Assembly (NCBI GenBank): GCA_020436145.1
Contig: JAGQYJ010000003.1
Coordinates: forward strand, 9,681-62,002
Direction of reading: 5' to 3'
Origin: Cyclobacteriaceae bacterium
GTDB taxonomy: Bacteria; Bacteroidota; Bacteroidia; Cytophagales; Cyclobacteriaceae
DNA: 52,322 bases
The notes beneath the pieces were generated by a model. It was given only the letters and a program-made list of their open reading frames with translations. It was not told the origin of the DNA and did no database searches. Shown piece after piece: positions 42,087-51,038 of the stretch. Positions within the stretch are counted from its first letter, which is position 1; each line of letters begins with the position of its first letter. A program made the position numbers and the translations under genes.

Positions 42087-43025
42087 ATGAACAAATTTTT
42101 TCTCCTATCCATTATAATTTTTTGTGCCGGCATTAAATCAAGTGCTCAGGTTATTGGTGCCAAAGAAGCGGGCTTTGAAGACGGGCAGCAGCCTAAAATG
42201 GATAAACCCATACGACTGTGTACCTATAAAAATGGTGAGGTACTGTTTGTCGATTTTAATAATAATGCCATTCGCTCTGTTAATCGGAAAGGAGAGGTAA
42301 GTACAATAGTGGGAGGCCCTGATAAAAAGGGATATAAAGACGGAGCAGCAGACCAGGCGCTCTTTGCCGGAATACATGGTGTTGCGTATGATGCTAATAA
42401 GGACATTATTTACATTGCCAGTGCCACCAACAATGTGGTTAGGAAAATCAGTGATAAGTCCGGTCAGCTTTATGTTGAAACCATTGCAGGCAATCAGGCT
42501 GAGAAAGGGTTTCAAGATGGGGAAGCCTTATCCGCTAAGTTTAATTCTTTACACCAACTACTTTTAGGAAAAAATGGAGAAATCTATATTCTCGATATTG
42601 GCAATGCCAAAGTGAGAATGCTTAAAGATGGAGCGGTTTCTACCGTTGCAGGCAATGATGATCAATCTCCTTTAAAAGCGGATTTCAAATACCCCATTGA
42701 TATGGCCTTTGATGGAGACAATATCGTGATATGTGATGCAGGTAATATGAATCTTTACCGATTGGTTCTTGGCAAGACGGTGGAAAAAATAGTGACCGGC
42801 AGGAAATTAAACATGCCTCATGGAATTTCAAGTAATGGAAAGGGTGAGCTTTTTATTGCCGATATGGGCGCTAATGAAATTCTTGAAATTAGTAATAAAG
42901 GAGATGTATCTGTAATTGAAGACAAAGACCTAAACAAACCGGCAGCGGTTTTAGTAGATGGAGATGTTCTTTGGGTAGCCGATTTATATAACCATCAGGT
43001 AAAGTTTTTTACTATCAGCAAATAG
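42087..43025 (+). CDS. NHL-repeat beta-propeller protein, secreted
   Basis: Signal peptide and repeated NHL-like units (..VLFVDFNNNAIRSV.., ..IYIASATNNVVRKI.., ..IYILDIGNAKVRML.., ..IVICDAGNMNLYRL.., ..LFIADMGANEILEI.., ..LWVADLYNHQVKFF..). Confidence 0.75.
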   Translation: MNKFFLLSIIIFCAGIKSSAQVIGAKEAGFEDGQQPKMDKPIRLCTYKNGEVLFVDFNNNAIRSVNRKGEVSTIVGGPDKKGYKDGAADQALFAGIHGVAYDANKDIIYIASATNNVVRKISDKSGQLYVETIAGNQAEKGFQDGEALSAKFNSLHQLLLGKNGEIYILDIGNAKVRMLKDGAVSTVAGNDDQSPLKADFKYPIDMAFDGDNIVICDAGNMNLYRLVLGKTVEKIVTGRKLNMPHGISSNGKGELFIADMGANEILEISNKGDVSVIEDKDLNKPAAVLVDGDVLWVADLYNHQVKFFTISK

Positions 43026-43037
43026 GTTGGGACTTTC

Positions 43038-43574
43038 TCACCCTTTTTTGTTATAGGTTAATTGCACAAATCCATTTTTAAAGGTTTTGCTATCTTCTAA
43101 TCTAAAGTGGTTGTCTATTTGACCAGAACCCGAAAACAAGGGAATCCCTGTACCCAGAGTAACCGGAATCAATGTTAGAATTATTTTATCAATAAGCCCC
43201 TGGCTTAATAGGGGGCCATTTATTTGGCTTCCGCCAACCAGCCATATATCTCTTCCTTCCTCCTTTTTGAGAGCGGCAATAAAGTCGGGAATATCGGAGT
43301 TGATAAACTGAACATGCTCATCATGTCCACTTTTGGAGCGGCTAAAAACATAGTTTGTTTTATCGGGGTAGGGAAATGGCACATCAAATCCCAACACCTG
43401 CCGGTAAGTTTGGTTACCCATTAAGGTTGTGTCAATAGAATCATAGAATTCATCGTATCCGAAACTTTCACCTTCAATATGGTAGTTGGGGTTTTCGAGC
43501 CAATCGATTTCTCCATTTTCTCTGGCAATAAATCCGTCTATTGAAGCAGCTATGTAAAGTATTACTTTTCTCAT
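43038..43574 (-). CDS. dihydrofolate-reductase-like (RibD C-terminal domain) family protein
   Basis: MRKVILYIAASIDGFIARENGEIDWL ... DIWLVGGSQINGPLL ... is typical of the RibD_C/DHFR-like family. Confidence 0.8.
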   Translation of the reverse strand: MRKVILYIAASIDGFIARENGEIDWLENPNYHIEGESFGYDEFYDSIDTTLMGNQTYRQVLGFDVPFPYPDKTNYVFSRSKSGHDEHVQFINSDIPDFIAALKKEEGRDIWLVGGSQINGPLLSQGLIDKIILTLIPVTLGTGIPLFSGSGQIDNHFRLEDSKTFKNGFVQLTYNKKG

Positions 43575-43597
43575 CAGGTCAAATTAGTAAAACTTTG

Positions 43598-43634
43598 TAA
43601 ACAAAAGAAGCCGACATATTTCTATACCGGCTTC
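43598..43634 (-). terminator. intrinsic terminator after the FtsX permease gene
   Basis: The minus strand reads GAAGCCG-(14 nt loop)-CGGCTTC followed by TTTTGTTT. It lies 24 nt downstream of the stop at 43658. Confidence 0.6.
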
Positions 43635-43657
43635 ATCATTCTTACATCTAACGTATT

Positions 43658-46072
43658 CTATTCGTATTTAAGGGCTTCCATAGGGTTGGCCCGGGCAGCT
43701 TTTTGTGCCTGGAAACTAACCGTTACCCATGAAATTATCAGGCTAATGATTCCTCCCATTACAAACACCCAAATTCCCATACTTATGCGGAAAGCAAAAT
43801 TGTTTAACCAACCATTCATTAGGTAGTAAACAGGGAAAATGGCCAGAACAAATGCAATGAGTACCAACTTGTTGAATTCGCGGGTAAGCAGGGTATTGAT
43901 TTGCCATACAGAGGCTCCTAAAGCTTTGCGAATACCAATTTCTTTGGTGCGTTGTTCTGCTGTAAATGCTGTTAATCCAAACAAGCCTAAACAGGCAATA
44001 AAGATGGCCAGTCCGGTAAGCAAGGTAAACAATTTCATAAGTCGTTGTTCAGAGCGGAATTGCGAATCAAACTCGTCTGACATAAAACTATATTCAAAAG
44101 GTTCATTAGGCACCAGCTTATCCCATTCTTCTTCTGCTTTGGAAATAACTTCTTTGTAGTCCTTGCCATTAAACCTTATAGCAATAGAAGGAGTGTTTGT
44201 TGCATAAAGAATAAGCAATGGCCTGATTTCGTCTTTGAGCGACTCGAAGTTAAAATCTTCGACTACCCCAATTACTTTACGTTCAATTTGCTCCGCATCT
44301 CCATTGAAATCAATAATAGTTTCTTCCAGTGGGTGGGTCCAGCCCATTTCCCGAACGGTTGCTTCGTTTACCACTGCTGCAGCCGTATCGGTTGGAAAAT
44401 CAGGTGAGAAGAACCTCCCTTCCTTAATTTTAAAACCCAGTGTTTTTTGATTATTGTAATCGGCAGCATAACTGGCCAGTAGGTGGTCGCGCTCATCACC
44501 TTTCGACCTATAAACAGAGTTGTTATTGGTGCCAGGAAAGCGTGTAGTAGTGAAGCTGGTAGATTCGACTTCAGGATAAGCATCCAATGCGTTTTTATAG
44601 GCTTCACTGTTATTTTTTAGTCGAAATGCACTTATAACGTAAAGCACACGGTCTTTATCAATGCCTAATTTTTTGTCCTGGGCATATTTTAATTGTTTAT
44701 AAACAATGGCAGTCGAAATAATTAAAACTATTGAAATCCAAAACTGGAAAGTTACCAGTACACCTCTTACTGCCCTGTTTTTTGAACCTGCATTTAACTT
44801 GCCTTTTATTACATCAATCACCTCAAACGATGTTAGGTAAAAAGCAGGATAGCTTCCTGCCAGGATGCCGACCACAAACACAACGGCAATTAAAATAGAC
44901 ACAATAGTGGGTTGAAATACAGACTGCATTATCAGCATTTTATCGGTAAGCATATTGTATGATGGAACCAGCAGATAAATAATGAGTAAGGCGATTACAG
45001 CCGAAGCAATGCTAAAAATCATTGATTCAATTAAAAACTGGCCAATTAGCTGTTGGCGGGTAGCCCCCATTGTTTTACGCAGGCCAACCTCCTTGGCCCT
45101 GTTGGCCGATTTGGCAGTTGACAGGTTCATAAAATTGATGCTGGCAATAATGAGGATGAACACACCTATAGCAAGCAAAATATAGATGTAACTTACATCG
45201 CCCTGGGGGTCCAGCTCGTCAGAGTAAATAGAATGCAGGTGGATGTCATAGATGGGTTGGCTCGAATAGCGGTACTCGCCACCAGCCGCCCGCATTTCAT
45301 TCAGGGTTGCTCCCATAAACTGTTGCAGGATAGGGGAGGTATATTTCTGCAACAGACCTTCCATTTGTTCATCTACCTGCTGGTAGGTTGCATTGGGACC
45401 GAGCAGATAATAGGTTTGCACGTTATTGTTTAGCCATACATCGTTATCAAACCTTTTCTTGAAAGAGTCTTGAGAAAGAAGGGCCGTAAATTTCAAATGT
45501 GAATTGTCGGGCACGTCTTTTGCTACACCGGTAACCTTAAAGCTTACCGAATCGCCATCAATTACCATAAGCTTGCCCAAGGCTTCGCTGGCATTGCCAA
45601 AGTACTTAACGGCTAGTTTTTCGGTTAGCACAACCGAATTAGGTTCCTTAAGAGCTGTTTTTTCATCACCATAAAGAAGCGGGTAGGTAAACACCTTAAA
45701 GAAGGCACTGTCCGCCACAATGGCCTTGCGCTCGATAAAGCTCCTGTCTTCGTACAGCATAGAGGTGCTGCCCCAACCCCGTACGGTGGTTGCAGTAACA
45801 ACAGCGGGCACTTCGGTTCTTAATGCATCCGACAGCTTGCCCGTGGTGTTGGTAGTGTAAATAACCTGATCACCCAACTTGCCATCCAGAACCACCCGGT
45901 AAATACGGTCTCCGTTTTTGTTAAAGTGATCGTAGCTCAGTTCATCCACAATATACATGGCAATAAACATGCTGCTGGCTATGCCTATGGATAGCCCCAG
46001 AATATTAATGACTGCAAAAAACTTATGCTTTCTAATGTTCTGAAGGGTCGTTTTTAAGTAGTTCTTAATCAT
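43658..46072 (-). CDS. ABC transporter permease, double FtsX-domain (MacB-like)
   Basis: Start trimmed to ATG 46072 (MIKNYLKTTLQNIRKHKFFAVINILGLSIGIA..), the typical N-terminus of Bacteroidota FtsX-type permeases. Two large extracytoplasmic domains, each followed by a 3-TM FtsX module. Confidence 0.88.
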   Translation of the reverse strand: MIKNYLKTTLQNIRKHKFFAVINILGLSIGIASSMFIAMYIVDELSYDHFNKNGDRIYRVVLDGKLGDQVIYTTNTTGKLSDALRTEVPAVVTATTVRGWGSTSMLYEDRSFIERKAIVADSAFFKVFTYPLLYGDEKTALKEPNSVVLTEKLAVKYFGNASEALGKLMVIDGDSVSFKVTGVAKDVPDNSHLKFTALLSQDSFKKRFDNDVWLNNNVQTYYLLGPNATYQQVDEQMEGLLQKYTSPILQQFMGATLNEMRAAGGEYRYSSQPIYDIHLHSIYSDELDPQGDVSYIYILLAIGVFILIIASINFMNLSTAKSANRAKEVGLRKTMGATRQQLIGQFLIESMIFSIASAVIALLIIYLLVPSYNMLTDKMLIMQSVFQPTIVSILIAVVFVVGILAGSYPAFYLTSFEVIDVIKGKLNAGSKNRAVRGVLVTFQFWISIVLIISTAIVYKQLKYAQDKKLGIDKDRVLYVISAFRLKNNSEAYKNALDAYPEVESTSFTTTRFPGTNNNSVYRSKGDERDHLLASYAADYNNQKTLGFKIKEGRFFSPDFPTDTAAAVVNEATVREMGWTHPLEETIIDFNGDAEQIERKVIGVVEDFNFESLKDEIRPLLILYATNTPSIAIRFNGKDYKEVISKAEEEWDKLVPNEPFEYSFMSDEFDSQFRSEQRLMKLFTLLTGLAIFIACLGLFGLTAFTAEQRTKEIGIRKALGASVWQINTLLTREFNKLVLIAFVLAIFPVYYLMNGWLNNFAFRISMGIWVFVMGGIISLIISWVTVSFQAQKAARANPMEALKYE

Positions 46073-46088
46073 GATTTCCGGGTTTTGG

Positions 46089-46781
46089 TTAAACGTGAAA
46101 TTCTTTTTTAACACTTTCTGTTACCAGCTGGCCGTCAAACAGGTTGATGATCCTGTGGGCGTAGTTGGCATCATAAGGAGAGTGCGTTACCATTACAATG
46201 GTGGTTCCATCAGCATTCAATTCAGAAAGAAGTTTCATTACTTCCTCTCCATTGGCAGAATCGAGGTTACCGGTAGGCTCATCGGCAAGTATCAGACTTG
46301 GCTCTGAAACAATAGCACGTGCAATGGCTACCCTCTGTTGTTGCCCACCAGATAGCTGTTGAGGGAAGTGGTTTTTACGGTGCATAATGTTCATTCGCTC
46401 CAGTGCTTTTTCAACACGCTCCCTGCGCTCAGAAGTACCTATTTTCTGGTAGAGAAGAGGCAGCTCCACGTTGTCAAAAACCGAAAGTTCTTCAATGAGG
46501 TTAAAACTTTGGAAGATAAAGCCAATGGAGCCCTTTCTGGCTTGCGAGCGTTGTTTTTCTGAGAACCTTGAAACGTCTGTTCCATTAAAGATATAATCGC
46601 CAGAAGAGGGCCTGTCGAGCATGCCCAGTATGCTAAGCAGGGTGGATTTACCGCAACCCGATGGCCCCATAATAGCTACAAATTCACCATCGTTAATTTC
46701 AATGGAAATATGGTCGAGGGCCGTGGTTTCAATTTCATCGGTGGTATACACTCGTGTTAGATCTTTCGTTTTAATTATCAT
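46089..46781 (-). CDS. ABC transporter ATP-binding protein (MacB/LolD class)
   Basis: Walker [10 protein letters not shown], signature [14 protein letters not shown], Walker [13 protein letters not shown] and H-loop VTHS. Confidence 0.92.
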   Translation of the reverse strand: MIIKTKDLTRVYTTDEIETTALDHISIEINDGEFVAIMGPSGCGKSTLLSILGMLDRPSSGDYIFNGTDVSRFSEKQRSQARKGSIGFIFQSFNLIEELSVFDNVELPLLYQKIGTSERRERVEKALERMNIMHRKNHFPQQLSGGQQQRVAIARAIVSEPSLILADEPTGNLDSANGEEVMKLLSELNADGTTIVMVTHSPYDANYAHRIINLFDGQLVTESVKKEFHV

Positions 46782-46803
46782 GATTGTGTTGTTTATTGAG
46801 TTC

Positions 46804-48054
46804 CTATTTTATGAGTAAAAGTTCTTTGTCGCTAAAGTTTTGATAGGTAGAGGTAATTACCTTTTCACCCGGGTTAAGGCCATCGAGCACTTCATAGCTC
46901 AACTTGTTTTTACGGCCTATTTTAATACGCCTCTTTTCAGCCTGGGTTCCATCTGAATTGAGCACATAAATCCATTGGCCTCCGGTATCGTTGTAAAAGC
47001 CACCAAGGGGTACCAGCACAGCATCACTCGATTCGCCCAGCGCAATGGTCATTCTAAGCGAAAGGCCCGGCTTTATATCCTTGGGAAGCTCGCCTTCAAA
47101 TTCCATGTCAACCGTAAAAGCACCACTCGAAACCGTAGGATAGATGTAGGTAATCTTAAGGGTATATTCCCTGCCTGCGTAGGTGGTGGTGCCTGTCAGG
47201 CCCTTATGAATACGTGCCAGGTATATTTCGTCAATAGGTACTCGCACTTTGTAGCTGCCAACCACATCCACCTGACCAAGCCGCTGTCCCGGGTCAATGG
47301 ATTGGCCTTCGAACAGTTGAGGTGTAGAAAGCTGCCCGTCAATAGGCGAGCGGATAATAAGGTTGTCCAGTATCTGGCCTACCCGCTTCAGACTTTTGAT
47401 CATTCGCGTCTCGGATTCATTGAGTTGGGTAATTTGGCTCTTCATATTCATGGAATCCTTTCTATAGCTTGCTGAGGTTATTTCTAACCTCTTTAAATAG
47501 TATTTGTAATCAGCCTCTGTGGTTTCAAATTCTTGTTTAGAAATATACCCACCATCAAATAGCTGTTTGTCACGCTCATATTTGGGAGCCAGTTTCTCCA
47601 ACTCATTCTGGATCAACGCCAGATTTTGTTGATGATTCAGGTTATTTTGTTCCAGGGAAAGGCGCGTTTCACGAACGCGATTAATACTCTCGTTCAGACT
47701 GGCTTCCTGGCTTAGCACGCTTAGTTCCCTATTCAGGTTAGTAAGTTCTACAATCAGTTGGCCTTTCTTAAGCAGGGTGCCGCTTTCGGCATATACCTTT
47801 TTTATGGCCCCGCCCTCAATGGCATCGAGGTAGAAGGTCTGGCTTGGGGTTACGGTACCGGTTTCAGGAATGTTTTCCTGGAACTCCCCTCGTGTAACCG
47901 TACTTACAATTATTTTTTCCCTGTCAATTTTTAGTTTAGACCGCCTGTCTGCAAAAACAAATTGAAAAAGAAGCACCAAAAGAATGGCCCCACTTCCAAC
48001 GTATATTGTGACCCGTTTTAATGGCCATTTCTTTTTTTCAATTCTTCTATCCAT
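46804..48054 (-). CDS. HlyD-family periplasmic adaptor
   Basis: 416 aa with an N-terminal anchor, a long coiled-coil hairpin (..LSQEASLNESINRVRETRLSLEQNNLNHQQNLALIQNELEKL..) and a beta-barrel C-terminus. It is the first gene of the adaptor-ATPase-permease operon. Confidence 0.85.
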   Translation of the reverse strand: MDRRIEKKKWPLKRVTIYVGSGAILLVLLFQFVFADRRSKLKIDREKIIVSTVTRGEFQENIPETGTVTPSQTFYLDAIEGGAIKKVYAESGTLLKKGQLIVELTNLNRELSVLSQEASLNESINRVRETRLSLEQNNLNHQQNLALIQNELEKLAPKYERDKQLFDGGYISKQEFETTEADYKYYLKRLEITSASYRKDSMNMKSQITQLNESETRMIKSLKRVGQILDNLIIRSPIDGQLSTPQLFEGQSIDPGQRLGQVDVVGSYKVRVPIDEIYLARIHKGLTGTTTYAGREYTLKITYIYPTVSSGAFTVDMEFEGELPKDIKPGLSLRMTIALGESSDAVLVPLGGFYNDTGGQWIYVLNSDGTQAEKRRIKIGRKNKLSYEVLDGLNPGEKVITSTYQNFSDKELLLIK

Positions 48055-48081
48055 AAAAAAGAAGCGTTATGTTTGGTTATT

Positions 48082-48101
48082 GCTTTACGACAAGTGTGCC
48101 A
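48082..48101 (-). promoter_or_regulatory. sigma-54-like promoter candidate for the HlyD-ABC-FtsX operon
   Basis: The minus strand reads TGGCACACTTGTCGTAAAGC. It has a perfect -24 TGGCAC, but the -12 reads TCGTA instead of TTGCW. It ends 27 nt before the HlyD ATG and shares 15/20 positions with the motif at 48268-48287. Confidence 0.45.
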
Positions 48102-48174
48102 ACAATCATAAATGGGCTTTTATAGTATATGAGTACATTTTTTAGCAAAAGGTTGCTTGTTCACACCTGAACAA

Positions 48175-48196
48175 AACCGACCGCTGGCGGACGGTT
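48175..48196. promoter_or_regulatory. GC-rich imperfect palindrome, candidate enhancer (UAS) for the adjacent sigma-54 activator
   Basis: AACCGACCGC-TG-GCGGACGGTT has 9 of 11 base pairs self-complementary. It is the only GC-rich element in the spacer and is centred within 1 bp of the midpoint between the two TGGCA motifs. Confidence 0.45.
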
Positions 48197-48267
48197 GGAA
48201 AATTTGAATATTGGTTTTCTACAGGATGATTGGTCATTTCTGTTAAACAAATACGGAAATAGGGTTT

Positions 48268-48287
48268 TGGCAAACAGTTTGTAAAGC
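48268..48287 (+). promoter_or_regulatory. sigma-54-like promoter candidate for the activator-kinase operon
   Basis: TGGCAAACAGTTTGTAAAGC has a -24 TGGCA and a -12 reading TTGTA. It ends 23 nt before ATG 48311. Confidence 0.45.
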
Positions 48288-48310
48288 TTCAATAAACCCT
48301 GAAAACATAA

Positions 48311-49702
48311 ATGGACGAAAGTCAGAAACATCCCGGGAGATTACTTATTGTCGATGATAATCTCGACTTACTCAAAGCAGTGAAGGTTTTCCTGAAGCGC
48401 TACTTCGAAGTGGTTGAAACTGAAACAAATCCGGAAAAAATCCCAAGCCTTCTGCAAAATAACAAATACGATATCATTCTGTTGGATATGAATTTTACCA
48501 AGGATGTGAGCAGTGGACATGAGGGATACTTTTGGTTGGATAAGATTTTGGGAATCGACCCTTCAGCGGTAGTAGTGTTGATTACTGCTTATGGAGATGT
48601 ACAAACTGCTGTAAAGGCAATTAAAGCAGGAGCTACCGATTTTGTTTTGAAACCATGGGACAATGAGAAGCTTTTAGCTACTATTTATTCCTCTTTAATG
48701 TTGAGTGAAAGCAAGCAGGAAATTAAGGGCCTTAAACAGCGGCAGCAAGCGCTCAATAAAAGTACGAGCGCTTATGATGAGATGATAGGGGAAAGTGATG
48801 TTATGCGGAATGTTTTTGAGACCATTAACAGAGTGGCAGAAACGGATGCCAATATCCTGATTTTAGGTGAAAACGGAACCGGGAAAGAACTGATTGCCAA
48901 GGCAATTCATAATCGTTCGCTAAGAAACAGCGAAGTATTTCTCCCCATTGATATGGGATCGATAAGTGAAAGCATATTTGAAAGCGAACTATTTGGCCAT
49001 AAGAAAGGGGCTTTTACAGATGCCAAGGAAAACAGGATTGGAAAGTTTGAGCTTGCCAATAGAGGCACTCTGTTCTTGGATGAAATTGGTAACCTTTCAG
49101 TACCTATGCAAGCCAAATTGCTTACGGTGCTGCAAAACAGAAAACTTATACCGGTAGGTGACAACCGGGAAGTAAATCTGGATGTTCGGCTTATATGCGC
49201 CACAAATATGAATATTATGAATATGATAAAGAACGGCTCATTTCGCCAGGACGTGCTCTACCGGATTAATACTATTGAAATACACATACCTCCTTTAAGG
49301 GAAAGAAGTGGAGATATCCGGCTTTTAGCAAATCATTTTTTACAGATGTATGCCAAAAAATACAACAAGAATGCACACAAACTTAGCACAGCTTCCATAG
49401 CACGACTTGAAAAACATAGCTGGCCGGGCAATATTCGCGAATTACAACATGCTATTGAAAGGGCGGTGATCATGAGTAATTCAGGTGTTGTGCAGCCAGA
49501 AGACTTCAATTTCAGTGCAAGTGCAACCAAAAGGGAGCAAGAAGCATCTGTAGTATTAGACCAGTTTAACTGGGAAGATGTGGAACGCATTCTAATAAAG
49601 AAAGTTTTAGCTAAAAATAATGGAAACATTACGCACGCTGCCAGCGAAATGGGGCTCACCCGTTCATCTTTTTACCGTAGGCTTGAAAAATATGGGCTTT
49701 AA
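48311..49702 (+). CDS. sigma-54-dependent response regulator (NtrC-family enhancer-binding protein)
   Basis: Receiver domain (..DIILLDMNF..KPW..), AAA+ domain with Walker A GENGTGKE, the sigma-54 contact loop GAFTDA (GAFTGA variant) and Walker B LFLDEIG, plus a C-terminal Fis-type HTH (..NITHAASEMGLTRSSFYRRLEKYGL). Confidence 0.92.
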   Translation: MDESQKHPGRLLIVDDNLDLLKAVKVFLKRYFEVVETETNPEKIPSLLQNNKYDIILLDMNFTKDVSSGHEGYFWLDKILGIDPSAVVVLITAYGDVQTAVKAIKAGATDFVLKPWDNEKLLATIYSSLMLSESKQEIKGLKQRQQALNKSTSAYDEMIGESDVMRNVFETINRVAETDANILILGENGTGKELIAKAIHNRSLRNSEVFLPIDMGSISESIFESELFGHKKGAFTDAKENRIGKFELANRGTLFLDEIGNLSVPMQAKLLTVLQNRKLIPVGDNREVNLDVRLICATNMNIMNMIKNGSFRQDVLYRINTIEIHIPPLRERSGDIRLLANHFLQMYAKKYNKNAHKLSTASIARLEKHSWPGNIRELQHAIERAVIMSNSGVVQPEDFNFSASATKREQEASVVLDQFNWEDVERILIKKVLAKNNGNITHAASEMGLTRSSFYRRLEKYGL

Positions 49703-51038
49703 AAGTTTTAAATCGAAATTAGCAATTCGTATTTTGCTATTGGCAATTACAGTAGCACTGGCCGTTACTTTCCTATGGGTGTATCATATGTGGCCTGTTT
49801 CTGTGACTTTGGCGCTTATTTTTGTCTGGCAAGCTGTTGAACTCCACAACTTCGTAAACAACACCAATCGTAAACTGCAACTCTTCCTCGATTCGGTACA
49901 GTACTCCGATTTTGTGACCACTTTTTCTGTTGATAATGCGCTTGGGAATTCATTTAAAAACTTAAATGAATCATTTAACTCAGTGCTTGATGCTTTTAAA
50001 GATGCCAGGATTTCAACGGAAGAGAATCTGCAGTATTTGAACCTTGTAGTTGAGCATGTAGATACAGGCCTGATCTCGTTTGATGAAGATGGAAAAGTGG
50101 AGGTAATGAATGGTATTGCAGTGGATTTACTGGGAACCCGTAAAATACGGAGCATGAATGAGCTGAAGGAGACAAACCCTGACCTGTATGCTACCATTTG
50201 GGAACTTCCGGTGGGTGAAAAGGCGCTTTTCCATGTAAATGAAAACATAAACCTTTCTATTAGAGCTACTCAATTCACACGAAGAGGAAAGTTTGTTAAG
50301 TTGGTTGCATTGCAAAACATTCAACATGAATTAAATGCAAAGGAATTAGAGTCCTGGCAAAACCTATTGCGTGTACTTCGTCATGAGATTATGAATTCCA
50401 TGACGCCAATCTCTTCCATGGCTTCAACACTTCAAATGATATTGGATGAGGATCTTGAGAAGAAGGGAGAAACCCTTGAGCTATCTGAAAGTGTTTTTAA
50501 TGATATTCAGGATAGTTTGGGCACAATAGAAAGCAGAAGTAAAGGACTCATCAATTTTATAAAAGGATATCAGGAATACACCAGTTTGCCTGCTCCCCGA
50601 TTTAAGGTTGTTTCTGTTAAAAACCTGGTATCCAATGTAGAGCAGCTTATGCTAAACGATTTCAGAGAGTTGGGTATTAGCTTGAACTGCGAATTCGTTA
50701 AAAAAGATTTTCAGTTACTCGTAGATGAACAACAAATTGAGCAGGTGCTCATTAACCTTGTGAAGAATGCGCGAGAAGCTTTTACCAATCAGGAAGTTAA
50801 GAGGGTAGTAATTCGAAGCTACCAGCAATATCAGTACAAGGTGATTGAGGTGGAAGACAATGGTCCGGGTATTATACCTGAAGCTTTGGACCAGATTTTT
50901 ATTCCATTTTACACCACAAAGAAAAGTGGTTCAGGCATTGGACTAAGCTTATCCAGGCAACTGGTGCAAATGAACAATGGTAATTTAACTGTCAGTTCGG
51001 AACCTAATAGGAAGACGGTCTTCAAGTTAGTTTTCTAA
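49692..51038 (+). CDS. sensor histidine kinase
   Basis: Start trimmed to ATG 49692 (11-nt overlap with the regulator gene). Two N-terminal TM segments, H-box LRHEIMNSMTPI, N-box LINLVKNAREA, G1 VEDNGPGI and G2 GSGIGLSL. Confidence 0.88.
   Translation: MGFKSFKSKLAIRILLLAITVALAVTFLWVYHMWPVSVTLALIFVWQAVELHNFVNNTNRKLQLFLDSVQYSDFVTTFSVDNALGNSFKNLNESFNSVLDAFKDARISTEENLQYLNLVVEHVDTGLISFDEDGKVEVMNGIAVDLLGTRKIRSMNELKETNPDLYATIWELPVGEKALFHVNENINLSIRATQFTRRGKFVKLVALQNIQHELNAKELESWQNLLRVLRHEIMNSMTPISSMASTLQMILDEDLEKKGETLELSESVFNDIQDSLGTIESRSKGLINFIKGYQEYTSLPAPRFKVVSVKNLVSNVEQLMLNDFRELGISLNCEFVKKDFQLLVDEQQIEQVLINLVKNAREAFTNQEVKRVVIRSYQQYQYKVIEVEDNGPGIIPEALDQIFIPFYTTKKSGSGIGLSLSRQLVQMNNGNLTVSSEPNRKTVFKLVF

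Noticed and set aside
3519-50248. Other long antisense ORFs in the track, e.g. 3519-4004(-), 5379-5918(-), 10835-11242(+), 11655-12035(+), 14490-14795(-), 15500-16078(-), 26544-26918(+), 42138-42515(-), 46975-47475(+), 49784-50248(-)
   Set aside because: Each is fully contained in a longer opposite-strand ORF with clear family motifs (MsrA, MoxR, CysM, CysE, Mo-oxidoreductase, RND, NHL, HlyD, kinase). None has a motif, signal peptide or plausible promoter of its own.
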